Source: Verrucomicrobiota bacterium
Lineage (GTDB): Bacteria; Verrucomicrobiota; Kiritimatiellia; UBA8416; JABMPJ01
Direction: 5' to 3'
Assembly: GCA_018648805.1 (NCBI GenBank)
Contig: JABGQM010000001.1
Coordinates: 101,896 to 165,895 of the forward strand
DNA length: 64,000 nucleotides
Shown: one piece after another, positions 8,582 to 20,287 of the stretch
Layout of the letters: the number at the start of each line of letters is the position of its first letter
Numbering within the stretch: position 1 is the stretch's first letter
Made by a program: the position numbers and the translations under genes
Notes under the pieces: model-generated
Databases searched by the model: none
Told to the model about the DNA's origin: nothing
What the model saw: only the letters and a program-made list of their open reading frames with translations

Positions 8582-9790
8582 CTACCCCGCACGGCGAAAG
8601 CGCAACGGCGTTGTGCCGGTCAGTCGCTTGAAGTGCTTAATGAAGTAGCTCTGGTCATTGAATCCCACAGCGTAGGCGATATCGGTACAGCTCTGCGCGG
8701 TGGTGGTCAACAGCTTCTGAGCATGCGTTACGCGCATCTGGTGGATCAGCTGCATCACCGTGCGGCCGGTATAGGTCTTCATCAGGTGGGCCAGGCGGCA
8801 GGGACTCAGGGCCACCTCGGCAGCCACGTCTCTTAGTGATATGGGGCGGGTGTAGTGGCGCCCGATATAGTCGATCGCCTGCGACACCTTGACGTTCGAG
8901 CGGTTGACCCCCTGTAGATAGATCGCGTCGCTGAAATCGTCCAGGGCGGTCATCAGTAACTGCGAGAGTTTCTCGAAGCTGCCCGCGGCAACCAGTTTTT
9001 CGGTCCAGGTGTGGTTGCGTTCAATCATCGGTTCGAGCAAGGGGTTGTCCTCAATGGCGGCGCGGGTCAGGCAGCTGAGCAGTTCGACTGCACGGGCGCG
9101 CAGCACGACCAGCTTGGGTGACGACATATAGATTACTGCCAGCATCTCGTTGAGCAGGCTGCGTGCCCCGTTGCGGTCCCCCGCCCGGATCGTGGCCAGC
9201 AGCATGCGCTCCTTCTCGAAGGCGTAGAGGGCTGGCTGGCCCTGCCGACGCTGATCTTCAATCGCCCGGTTGAGCTGTTCCATCTGACCACGCCGTAACC
9301 GGTTCTCCTCCATAAGCTCGGCCTGCCAGCCGCTCTGGAGGTAGAACACGTTCATCAAGTCGCGCGCCGACGCCTCGGCTCGTGCGCTGTCCCAGGCCGG
9401 CAGGTTCTCCAACACCGTTTCAACCGCCTCGGTCGCCAGCCCATGCTTAAAGAGATACTGCCGCGTCGGTTTGAGTGTCTGGCCCTCTTTCAGGCAGAGC
9501 ACCTCACCGCCGATCAACCCGCCGTGTATGCGGCGACGATCCTCCAGGGCCACCATCCAGGAGAGAATCCCCGGTGCCGGCTCAAAGAGATAGGGCACCC
9601 CCAAATCAATGCTCTGCTGCAGGGCGTAGCTGCGTCGGCGACGGGCCGTGTCGAGGGCGGCCAGCGGATCGTCCGATCCACTCACCCCACTCACCCCGCC
9701 CCCCACCGCCATCAGCCGCGCCGGCAATCCGTGCTGGTCACGGTAATCCCGGCTGACCGATTCAAAAAGCCGCTTCGACAATATCGCCAT
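8582..9790 (-). CDS. AraC-family transcriptional regulator (paralogue of 3229..4515)
   Basis: C-terminal AraC HTH; central region shares long colinear similarity with the 3229 protein (LLATIRAGDRNGARSLLNEMLAVIY… vs LLSLIRVGNRAGARSMLNTMLAAIY…). Confidence 0.8.
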   Translation of the reverse strand: MAILSKRLFESVSRDYRDQHGLPARLMAVGGGVSGVSGSDDPLAALDTARRRRSYALQQSIDLGVPYLFEPAPGILSWMVALEDRRRIHGGLIGGEVLCLKEGQTLKPTRQYLFKHGLATEAVETVLENLPAWDSARAEASARDLMNVFYLQSGWQAELMEENRLRRGQMEQLNRAIEDQRRQGQPALYAFEKERMLLATIRAGDRNGARSLLNEMLAVIYMSSPKLVVLRARAVELLSCLTRAAIEDNPLLEPMIERNHTWTEKLVAAGSFEKLSQLLMTALDDFSDAIYLQGVNRSNVKVSQAIDYIGRHYTRPISLRDVAAEVALSPCRLAHLMKTYTGRTVMQLIHQMRVTHAQKLLTTTAQSCTDIAYAVGFNDQSYFIKHFKRLTGTTPLRFRRAG

Positions 9791-9804
9791 ATGAATAACC
9801 TATC

Positions 9805-9828
9805 TATATCCAGATATATGGATATATA
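9805..9828. promoter_or_regulatory. 24-bp perfect palindrome TATATCCAGATATATGGATATATA in the divergent AraC / B12-binding-protein promoter region (candidate operator)
   Basis: Direct reading; AT-rich divergent intergenic region 9791-9983. Confidence 0.45.
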
Positions 9829-9983
9829 CGCACTTTATTTCTTCGATGCAACAATATCGTTATAGTTTGTGCAAAGAAAGGACTAGAGCGCACGCGGATG
9901 TCGGTCTAGGATATTCGTTTTCATGAAGTGGCATTTTTGGATCTCGTTGATGTAGGGATCTGTAACCAACACATAGGAGCACC

Positions 9984-10610
9984 ATGAGTATACTGCAGGA
10001 GATCGCTGAGAACCTGATGAAGGGCAAGGCCAATGACGTGAAGGCGCTGGTTGAGAAGGCGTTGGGCGAGGGTAGCGCACCGGGCGACGTGCTGAACGAT
10101 GGGCTGCTGGCCGGCATGAGCGTGATCGGCGAGCGCTTCAAGAAGAACGAAGTATACGTACCCGAGGTGTTGATTGCCGCCCGCGCGATGAAGGCCGGGA
10201 TGGAAATTCTTCAGCCGCAGCTGGCCGCTGCCGGCGTGGAGCCGATTGGCGTGGCCGTCGTGGGCACGGTCAAGGGCGACCTGCATGACATTGGTAAGAA
10301 CCTGGTCTGCATGATGCTCGAAGGCGCCGGCTTCAAGGTCGTCGATGCGGGTATCGACTGCGATCCCCAGAAGTTTGTCGACGTCGCCAAAGAGAGCAGC
10401 GCGGCTGTGATCGGGATCTCGGCCCTGTTGACCACAACCATGACCAACATGAAGTCGGTCGTGGATGCCGTCAAGGCCTCGGACCTGAGTACCAAGGTTA
10501 TGATCGGTGGCGCTCCGGTGACGCAGGCATTCTGCGACGAGATCGGAGCCGACGGTTATGCGCCGGACGCAGCTTCGGCGGCCGACCTGGCCAAGTCGCT
10601 GATGGCATAG
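9984..10610 (+). CDS. standalone cobalamin (B12)-binding protein (B12-binding_2 helical cap + Rossmann B12-binding domain; corrinoid-protein / AerR-like)
   Basis: DxHxxG B12 ligand motif (GDLHDIGKN), an SxL-like segment (GISALLTTT) and G-G (MIGGAP) segments; AGGAG RBS before the ATG. Confidence 0.8.
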   Translation: MSILQEIAENLMKGKANDVKALVEKALGEGSAPGDVLNDGLLAGMSVIGERFKKNEVYVPEVLIAARAMKAGMEILQPQLAAAGVEPIGVAVVGTVKGDLHDIGKNLVCMMLEGAGFKVVDAGIDCDPQKFVDVAKESSAAVIGISALLTTTMTNMKSVVDAVKASDLSTKVMIGGAPVTQAFCDEIGADGYAPDAASAADLAKSLMA

Positions 10611-10634
10611 TTCGCCGACAGAGTTGATGGAAGA

Positions 10635-10667
10635 GGGCACAAGGCTTCGGCCTTGTGCCTTTTTCTT
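10635..10667 (+). terminator. rho-independent terminator after the B12-binding gene
   Basis: ggcacaaggc-ttcg-gccttgtgcc hairpin followed by TTTTTCTTT. Confidence 0.6.
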
Positions 10668-10734
10668 TGGAGGGGTACGGTGCCTCAGACGGGTAGGGGG
10701 AACTCAACATCCAATGTCCAACAACGACTATCCA

Positions 10735-11661
10735 ATGTCCAAAGGCGATCTGGCAGCGGAGCTTTGCATTGTCGGACCGGGGGCCATGGGGTGTCTGTTG
10801 GCGTGCCGGCTGAGCGCGACGGGAAATCGTGTGGCGCTGGTGGACCATGATCCGGCGCGTGCGGCGCGCTTGAATGGGCGCGGGATTGTTCTGGTTGAGG
10901 ATGCGGTCGAGACAGAGCATGCCATCCCCGTGATCGCCCCGCCCTTTAACGCCCCACCCCCGCGCTGGCTCCTGATCTGCGTCAAGCGGCCGCAGACGCC
11001 CGCCGCCCTTAGAGCGCTGGGGCCCCTGCTAGGTCCCGAGAGCTGCCTCGTCTCTTTCCAGAACGGCATCGGGCATGAAGCGCTGCTTGCCGAAGCGGTC
11101 GGCAAGGCGCGGCTGCTCTGCGCCGCGAGCGCGCTGGGGGCCACGCTCCTCGGTGAGGGGCGGGTCAAGCCGGCCGGCGCGGGATGCACCCGCGTAGCGG
11201 CATGGTCGTCCGACGGCGCACCCCAGGCCGCGGCGCTGGTGGCGTTGCTCGCCGGGGCTGGACTGGAAGCGCGGGAGCACCCGGACGTGCGCGCCATGCT
11301 ATGGAGCAAGCTGATCGTCAACGCCGCGATCAATCCGGTCACCGCTCTGGCCGGGGTACCCAACGGGGCCCTGCTCGAACGCGACGTGCTGCGCCGCCAG
11401 GCGCATGCCGCCGCGCGCGAGGGTGAAGCCGTCGCGGCCGCACTCGGAATCGCGCTCGACTACGCGGATGCCTGCCGCCGCGTCGATGAGGTCTGCGCCG
11501 CCACGGCAGCCAATCGCTCCTCGATGCTGCAGGATGTCGAACGCGGCAGCGCGACGGAGATCGACTGCATCAACGGTGCGATTGTTGCTGCAGGGCGTGA
11601 GGCCGGGATCGCGGTGGGGGTCAATGAGGCGCTATGCCGGGACATCCTCGGGATCCGCTGA
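10735..11661 (+). CDS. panE: 2-dehydropantoate 2-reductase (ketopantoate reductase, ApbA/PanE family)
   Basis: N-terminal Rossmann motif IVGPGAMG; ApbA C-terminal domain; ORF starts at 10624 but lies downstream of the terminator, so the start is taken as 10735 (or 10714). Confidence 0.7.
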   Translation: MSKGDLAAELCIVGPGAMGCLLACRLSATGNRVALVDHDPARAARLNGRGIVLVEDAVETEHAIPVIAPPFNAPPPRWLLICVKRPQTPAALRALGPLLGPESCLVSFQNGIGHEALLAEAVGKARLLCAASALGATLLGEGRVKPAGAGCTRVAAWSSDGAPQAAALVALLAGAGLEAREHPDVRAMLWSKLIVNAAINPVTALAGVPNGALLERDVLRRQAHAAAREGEAVAAALGIALDYADACRRVDEVCAATAANRSSMLQDVERGSATEIDCINGAIVAAGREAGIAVGVNEALCRDILGIR

Positions 11662-11666
11662 GGGCG

Positions 11667-13061
<1,395 letters not shown>

Positions 13062-13143
13062 CGTATCTCTCCTTCTAACCGGATCTATTCATCAACCAGG
13101 ACACAAGCAGATAAAAACACACAGGATGAAGTCCTTTTTGACC

Positions 13144-13228
13144 ACGGATTACACGGATTGAACGGATTGCGGGCCGCAAGCGGCCCGGGTGGCGAAACCA
13201 CCCATCAGTGTCATCCGTGCCATCCGTG
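13144..13228. promoter_or_regulatory. repeat array between the HK and RR genes: CACGGATT x3 direct, 8-bp GC hairpin cgggccgc-aa-gcggcccg, then CATCCGTG x2 (inverted relative to the first array)
   Basis: Direct reading; outer ccacggat / atccgtgg form an inverted repeat around the hairpin; the same heptamer is found at 753-780. Confidence 0.45.
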
Positions 13229-13297
13229 GTTGTATCCATAAGGCTTTGCTTGTTCGTGTGTTATAACATCCATCTACGAGTTCGTGAATAATTCAGG

Positions 13298-14521
13298 CTA
13301 AAGTGGTTTCGCGCGTTTGCGTGTCGATTGCGCATTGAGCAGACGTATGCTGCGTTCGGCCAGGGGAAGCAGCACGGTAAAACCGGTGCCGGTGTCGGGC
13401 TTGCTCATCACCTCGATCTGGCCACCGTGTTCCTGCACGATGCGCTGGACGATCATGAGGCCGAGACCCGATCCGCTCGACTTGGTGGTGTGGTAGGGCT
13501 CGAAGATGCGGCTGAACTCCTCGCGACGGATACCGATCCCGGAATCGCGGAAGGATATGCCGAGGTATTCATCGGTCGTAAAGAGCAGAATCTTGAGCTG
13601 CCCGCCGTCGGGCATGGCCTGGAAGGCGTTGCGGATGACGTTGAAAAATACCTGCTTGATCTGGTCGCCATCGACCTTGATCTGCGGCAGCGAATCGGGA
13701 CGATCGATCTCGATGCTGATGTTACGGTCCTGCACCTCCTGCTTGAGCAGGGTCAGGGCTTCCTCGAGCAGCATCTCGATCCGGTTCGGCACCAGCTGCG
13801 GCCGGGTAGGGCGGATGGCCTGCAGAAATTGGGTGATGACCTGGTCGAGCCGCGTCACCTCAGTGCGCGCCACCTCGGTCAGCTCATGCAGCTCATCCAG
13901 ATCTTTCGCGCTCGTGGCGGCACCGTCAGCGGCGTCTTCACGCAGGTTTCCGATTTCGCGATCGAGCAGCTGCAGATGAATGTTGAGGGCGTTGAGCGGA
14001 TTCCCGATCTCGTGCGCCACGCCGGCGGCGAGCAGCTTGACCGCATTGATCCGCTCCGACTCACGTGCCGAGGCCTCCTGCTCCCGCTCGTGTGTCACGT
14101 CACGCAGAATCACCAGGGCCCCGCGACTGTCGGCGGAATCCTGATGCATCGGGACCACATAGAACGTTAGAAAGCGCTGTACGGGATAGGTGACCTCAAT
14201 CTCGCGCGAGACCAGTTTCGACCACTCCTTGGTGTCCAGACTCAGAATGCGATCCCAGTCCACCTCGCCCAGGTAACGCGAGACCGGCCGGCCCCGCTCG
14301 GAGTCCAGCGTGAAGCCCAGAAACTGCTCGGCGGCACGGTTGGCGTAGTCGAGATTGCCCTCGCTGCTGACCACCAGGATGCCCTCCTGGATCGACTGAA
14401 AGACCATTTCGAGCAGACCGCGGTCCTGTGCCAGGCGAAGAAAATGAGACTGCAGGCTTTCAGGATCCAAACGATCCAGTCGTTCGATAAGCTTCTCAAC
14501 AAATCCTGATTTCATTGGCAT
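13298..14521 (-). CDS. PAS-domain sensor histidine kinase (partner of the NtrC-type regulator downstream on the minus strand)
   Basis: H-box HEIGNPLNA, G-box GSGLGLMIVQRIV, N-terminal PAS. Confidence 0.85.
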   Translation of the reverse strand: MPMKSGFVEKLIERLDRLDPESLQSHFLRLAQDRGLLEMVFQSIQEGILVVSSEGNLDYANRAAEQFLGFTLDSERGRPVSRYLGEVDWDRILSLDTKEWSKLVSREIEVTYPVQRFLTFYVVPMHQDSADSRGALVILRDVTHEREQEASARESERINAVKLLAAGVAHEIGNPLNALNIHLQLLDREIGNLREDAADGAATSAKDLDELHELTEVARTEVTRLDQVITQFLQAIRPTRPQLVPNRIEMLLEEALTLLKQEVQDRNISIEIDRPDSLPQIKVDGDQIKQVFFNVIRNAFQAMPDGGQLKILLFTTDEYLGISFRDSGIGIRREEFSRIFEPYHTTKSSGSGLGLMIVQRIVQEHGGQIEVMSKPDTGTGFTVLLPLAERSIRLLNAQSTRKRAKPL

Positions 14522-14677
14522 TTGTAAGCACTCTCCCTGTTATGGATGCGACAATCTGACCCAACCATAGCGCGATAGTGCGGCGTTCGCAAGCGGTTTG
14601 TGTGGGTCATGTTGGCAGTCAGTTGGTAGTGGCACAGATTCAATCAAAGGTTAAGAACAGGCACGATTAAGGAAAAA

Positions 14678-14744
14678 GATTAGGGCGAAGGATTAGGGGG
14701 TACTTTTCAATCTTGATCTTTCGCCTTAATCTTTCGCCCTAATC
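14678..14744. promoter_or_regulatory. inverted repeat GATTAGGGCGAAGGATTAGGG …27 bp… CCTTAATCTTTCGCCCTAATC (19/21 match) in the divergent HK / LarA-like intergenic region
   Basis: Direct reading; each arm itself contains a direct GATTAGGG repeat; ~160-220 bp upstream of the HK start, consistent with an enhancer-like binding site. Confidence 0.4.
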
Positions 14745-14912
14745 TATTGGTATCGCTCAGATGGTGATACCTGGACTTGCAGGCATAAACCCAGATTTCT
14801 TTGCCATCGTTGGCGGTAGATGGTAACAGCTTATTTATTGTTCTTTTTTTTGGTGACACAGGCGTGGATATGGGGTTGACTGTGCGTTGCCCCTAATAGA
14901 GGAGAGAGTTGT

Positions 14913-16193
14913 ATGCTCTATTTCGAACGTGGATCGGAAAGCGATGTTATCACTCCGGATGAGGCCCGCGCGGCGCTGACGGGAGTGCTGGATCGGTTGG
15001 GTGCACGCGAGCGGGTATTGGCGATTCCGCCTGATTTTACCCGTTTTCACTCGCAGGCCGGGATGCTGACCTGTTTTGCTTTTGATTACTACGGTGATCG
15101 GTTAACTGATGTTTTGCCCGCCCTGGGCACGCACTCTCCCATGACGGCGGAGCAGCTTGACGAGATGTTCCCGGGCATTCCGCACTCACTTTTCCGCGAG
15201 CATGACTGGCGCGAGGGGGTGGTGACGCTGGGCGACGTACCGGCCGAGGTTGTGCGCGAGGTGTCGGGCGGGGTGGTGGACTATGCCTGGCCGGCGCAGG
15301 TGGATCATCTATTGACCGATGGCGGACACGATCTGATGCTGTCGATCGGGCAGGTGGTACCGCACGAAGTGGTCGGCATGGCCAATCACAGCAAGAACAT
15401 CTTTGTGGGCACGGGCGGGCCGGAGGGGATCAACAAGAGTCATTTCCTGGGCGCGGCCTACGGCATGGAGCGCATGATGGGGCGGGCCGACACCCCGGTG
15501 CGCCGGGTCTTGGATTATGCCTGCGAGCATTTTGCAACTGAGCTCCCGATTCTCTATGTGCAGACGGTAATTGGACGTGGCGACGCGGGCGCGCTTGAGC
15601 TGCGCGGTCTCTACATCGGTGACGGGCGCGAGTGTTTTGAGCGGGCCGCGGCGTTGTCGCTCAAAGTGAACTTTGAAATGCTGGATCAGCCGCTCAAGAA
15701 GGTGGTGGTCTACCTGGACCCCTCCGAATTCAAGAGCACATGGCTGGGCAACAAGAGCATTTACCGCACGCGCATGGCGATTGCGGACGAGGGCGAGCTG
15801 ATCGTGTTGGCACCGGGTGTACGCGAGTTTGGCGAGGACCCCGAGATCGACCGGCTGATCCGTGCCTATGGCTATTGCGGCACGCCGGCGGTGATGGAGG
15901 CGATGGCGGCCAATCCGGAGTTGGCGCAGAACCAGAGCGCGGCGGCCCACCTGATTCACGGCTCCTCGGAGGGGCGTTTCTCGATCACGTACTGTCCGGG
16001 TCACCTGAGTGAGGAAGAGATCCGGGGCGTGAATTTTGAGTATGCGCCGTTGGAAGAGATGCTGCAGCGCTACGATCCGGCCACGTTGAAAGACGGGGTC
16101 AACGTGATGGATGACGGCGAAGAGATTTTCTATATTTCGAATCCGGCCATCGGCCTGTGGTCATGGCGGCAACGGTTCGAGCAGAGCGAATAG
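14913..16193 (+). CDS. LarA-like (DUF2088/lactate racemase family) putative alpha-hydroxy-acid racemase/epimerase
   Basis: ~426 aa; overall size and motif pattern (ALGTHSPM, HEVVGMANHSKNIFVGTGG) recalled from the LarA family; assignment by memory, not searched. Confidence 0.4.
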   Translation: MLYFERGSESDVITPDEARAALTGVLDRLGARERVLAIPPDFTRFHSQAGMLTCFAFDYYGDRLTDVLPALGTHSPMTAEQLDEMFPGIPHSLFREHDWREGVVTLGDVPAEVVREVSGGVVDYAWPAQVDHLLTDGGHDLMLSIGQVVPHEVVGMANHSKNIFVGTGGPEGINKSHFLGAAYGMERMMGRADTPVRRVLDYACEHFATELPILYVQTVIGRGDAGALELRGLYIGDGRECFERAAALSLKVNFEMLDQPLKKVVVYLDPSEFKSTWLGNKSIYRTRMAIADEGELIVLAPGVREFGEDPEIDRLIRAYGYCGTPAVMEAMAANPELAQNQSAAAHLIHGSSEGRFSITYCPGHLSEEEIRGVNFEYAPLEEMLQRYDPATLKDGVNVMDDGEEIFYISNPAIGLWSWRQRFEQSE

Positions 16194-16201
16194 GAGCAGA
16201 G

Positions 16202-17059
16202 ATGAGTGTACCATTCAAGATTGAGCTGGAAGGCAAGACGGCGGTCGTCACCGGGGGCGGGGGCGTATTGTGCAGCACGATGGCCAAGGCATTGGCTGAG
16301 TGTGGCGCCAAGGTTGCGGTGGCAGATTTGCGGATCGATGCGGCCGAGACGGTGGCCAAAGAGATCACAGCCGCCGGCGGCACCGCCATCGGCGTGGAGT
16401 GCAACGTATTGGAGCGGGCCAGTCTCGATGCGGCACGTGAGCGGATTGAAGCCGAGCTGGGCCCGGTCGATATCCTGATCAATGGCGCCGGGGGCAATCA
16501 TCCCAAGGGCACGACCTCGATGGAGTTTCTGACCGAGGAGGTCTTGAAGCAGGCCGGTTCGGACGACACCACCTTCTTTGACCTGGATCCGGACGGCATA
16601 CAGTTCGTCTTTAACCTGAACTTCCTCGGAACGCTTCTGCCGTCACAGGCGTTTGCGCGCGGCATGGCCGAGCGGGGTGGGGGGGTCATCATCAACACCT
16701 CCTCGATGAACGCGTTTACGCCCCTGACGAAGATTCCGGCTTACAGCGGTGCCAAGGCGGCGGTGAGCAATTTCACGCAGTGGCTGGCGGTGCATATGTC
16801 AAAGGTGGGGATTCGGGTGAACGCGATTGCGCCGGGCTTCTTCCTGACCGATCAGAACCGCTCGCTCCTGACGAACGAGGACGGATCGCCGACGGCGCGC
16901 GGTGGCCAGATTATCGGGCAGACCCCGCTGGGCCGCTACGGCACACCAGAGGAGCTGGTGGGGACGTTGTTGTGGCTGGTGTCGGATCAGGCGGCGGGAT
17001 TTGTGACGGGGACGGTGATTCCAGTGGATGGAGGATTTTCGGCTTTTAGCGGCGTTTAG
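16202..17059 (+). CDS. short-chain dehydrogenase/reductase (mannonate/fructuronate oxidoreductase-like SDR)
   Basis: TGGGGVLC Rossmann motif, NGAGG, catalytic YSGAK; start taken at MSVPFK. Confidence 0.85.
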   Translation: MSVPFKIELEGKTAVVTGGGGVLCSTMAKALAECGAKVAVADLRIDAAETVAKEITAAGGTAIGVECNVLERASLDAARERIEAELGPVDILINGAGGNHPKGTTSMEFLTEEVLKQAGSDDTTFFDLDPDGIQFVFNLNFLGTLLPSQAFARGMAERGGGVIINTSSMNAFTPLTKIPAYSGAKAAVSNFTQWLAVHMSKVGIRVNAIAPGFFLTDQNRSLLTNEDGSPTARGGQIIGQTPLGRYGTPEELVGTLLWLVSDQAAGFVTGTVIPVDGGFSAFSGV

Positions 17060-17073
17060 AGCTATGCAGCGCT

Positions 17074-17151
17074 CCGGCTCAGGCGAGGGTTTCTTGGCTG
17101 GGGAGCGTGGAATACCACGCTCAAGGCCTACGAAACCCTCGCCTGAGCCGG
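17074..17151. repeat. nested perfect hairpin: 20-bp stem ccggctcaggcgagggtttc / gaaaccctcgcctgagccgg enclosing an 8-bp stem gagcgtgg-aata-ccacgctc
   Basis: Direct reading; immediately 3' of the SDR gene, no T-tract; abuts MITE-like copy 2. Confidence 0.5.
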
Positions 17152-17209
17152 AGCTGGGGGTAGGAGTAAACGCCTTGGGGGGTGCCTCATTAGTGGGGGG
17201 AGAATTTGT

Positions 17210-17395
17210 ACACTTAAACGCACACTTGATCGCACTCTTAGTCGCCACCCTTAGTCGGATACGCTTAGTCGAACTGCTTAGTCGCCGGATCTGCCCGGAA
17301 AAAGGAATACAGTGATTTACGACCAAGCGGGTCGACTAGGTGTAACCAAGTAAGTGTGAAATTAAGTGTGGGACTAAGTGTACGATGAAGTGTGA
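17210..17395 (+). repeat. MITE-like imperfect palindromic repeat element, copy 2
   Basis: Shares the ~55 bp core and arm structure with copy 1; ~75 bp upstream of gnd. Confidence 0.6.
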
Positions 17396-17471
17396 ACGGC
17401 AGAGCCAATGGCGGAGAGTGTGAAAATGACCCCGCCCTGTGTGGGGAGATAGTATAAGAGAAGGAGTCACG

Positions 17472-18926
<1,455 letters not shown>

Positions 18927-18932
18927 ACACAC

Positions 18933-18975
18933 AACGGGCGCCAGAATTCATCGTGAACTCTGGCGCCCGTTTTCT
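18933..18975. terminator. bidirectional rho-independent terminator between gnd and the convergent OMP gene
   Basis: aacgggcgccaga-(13 nt)-tctggcgcccgtt hairpin followed by TTTTCT. Confidence 0.65.
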
Positions 18976-18991
18976 ATCCAGCCCTCGTTCT

Positions 18992-19675
18992 TTAGAACGT
19001 ATACGACAAGCCCAGAGTCACAACCGGATAGAGCACGAATGGATCGACGTCTTCATCGACCTCTTTGATCTCTTCGGCAATAGCCGCGTTGAGATTATCC
19101 TGGAGCTCCTGATCCGAGGCCGTGGCCTTGATCGAGATATCCGGGCTGCCCTGAATCAGCACGCCTAAGTCGCACGAGAAGTGCCAGCGCGTATCCTCTT
19201 GCGCCGCGTTGCCCCATCCCAGCCCCACATAGGGCGAGAGGGTGTTGAAATTGACAACCCCATCCAGGCTCTGCAGCTTGAACGCCTCGTTATTGATACT
19301 GACCGTATCATCGGCCGACGCGGAGAGGCGGCCCTCGTTGGCATTGTAGTAGACACCACCCGACAGACGGAATGTGCCGCCACCCGGATGCCAGTCCAGC
19401 AATGCGCCGACAGTGAAAAAGTCGATGGTGGCCTCTACGGTATCCACAAGCTCATCGATTATTGCCTCATCCTCATCGAACTCATAGTCGTCATAGGTGT
19501 ATTTTACTCCGTTAGCTGACAGGCGGACATTGGTTTTTTCGCCCAGCCCCACGGTCAGGTCTGCCCCCAATCCCAGCGTTCCCACTTTTACCGACAGCCC
19601 GACATCCCCCATGGCTGCGGAGGCACTAGCCGTTGCCAGTGCCATGATGATCCATATGGATAACCATCGTTTCAT
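18992..19675 (-). CDS. outer-membrane beta-barrel protein (OmpW/OmpA-TM-like)
   Basis: Signal peptide, alternating amphipathic beta-strands, C-terminal aromatic residue (…GLSYTF). Confidence 0.55.
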   Translation of the reverse strand: MKRWLSIWIIMALATASASAAMGDVGLSVKVGTLGLGADLTVGLGEKTNVRLSANGVKYTYDDYEFDEDEAIIDELVDTVEATIDFFTVGALLDWHPGGGTFRLSGGVYYNANEGRLSASADDTVSINNEAFKLQSLDGVVNFNTLSPYVGLGWGNAAQEDTRWHFSCDLGVLIQGSPDISIKATASDQELQDNLNAAIAEEIKEVDEDVDPFVLYPVVTLGLSYTF

Positions 19676-19690
19676 TGTGACCCTCCCTCT

Positions 19691-20275
19691 CTATATCCCG
19701 ACACCGGTACTGATGCCGACAGTCCAATAATCACGCTCGCCGTCATTGGAACTCCACGTGTAGCGGCCCATCACTTCGAGGAGCTGCAGGCGGGAGTTAA
19801 ACCAGATCCGCACCCCAGTCTCGACATGGCCGCCCCAGTAGGACTCGCCAGCCGCGCTGTAGTCGTCGCCCTGCACGACCAGGGCGCCGTCACTGGCGTT
19901 GGCCTCGGCGCGGTTAAAGGAGTAGTTGTAGCTGCCGCCCGCCCCCACGAAGGGGGCCACAGTCCAATGCGGCATGAGTCGCAGGGTCATGCCGATGCCG
20001 CTGTATGTGGCTTCCTCAATGCCGTTGTAGAAGAGGCGCACGAAGTAGTCGCCAAAGATGGGGGTATCGGTCAGCCAGGTGCCGGAGCCAAGGCTGATGC
20101 CCCAGATATCGTCGGACGGATTGAGCAGAAAGGCGAAACTGGGCCCGGCCGGCTCCTCGTAATCTTCACGTTCATAATCATCATTCCAGAAGCTACCGGC
20201 CCGCAGGGGCAGGCTCAAAAGCGGGATCGCCAGAAGAAGGACAACTAGCTTACACTGTCGGCTCACGTTACGCAT
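19691..20275 (-). CDS. putative outer-membrane beta-barrel protein
   Basis: Signal peptide, Gly/aromatic-rich beta-strand pattern; start is only 12 bp from the divergent 20288 gene, so the start is uncertain. Confidence 0.45.
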   Translation of the reverse strand: MRNVSRQCKLVVLLLAIPLLSLPLRAGSFWNDDYEREDYEEPAGPSFAFLLNPSDDIWGISLGSGTWLTDTPIFGDYFVRLFYNGIEEATYSGIGMTLRLMPHWTVAPFVGAGGSYNYSFNRAEANASDGALVVQGDDYSAAGESYWGGHVETGVRIWFNSRLQLLEVMGRYTWSSNDGERDYWTVGISTGVGI

Positions 20276-20287
20276 GGAGATGTCATC

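Noticed and set aside
14521-14690. sigma-54 promoter for the minus-strand HK/NtrC operon
   Set aside because: Searched both strands for TGGCAC-N5-TTGC. Only poor matches were found (for example tggcacagattcaat has no -12 GC), so none is reported.
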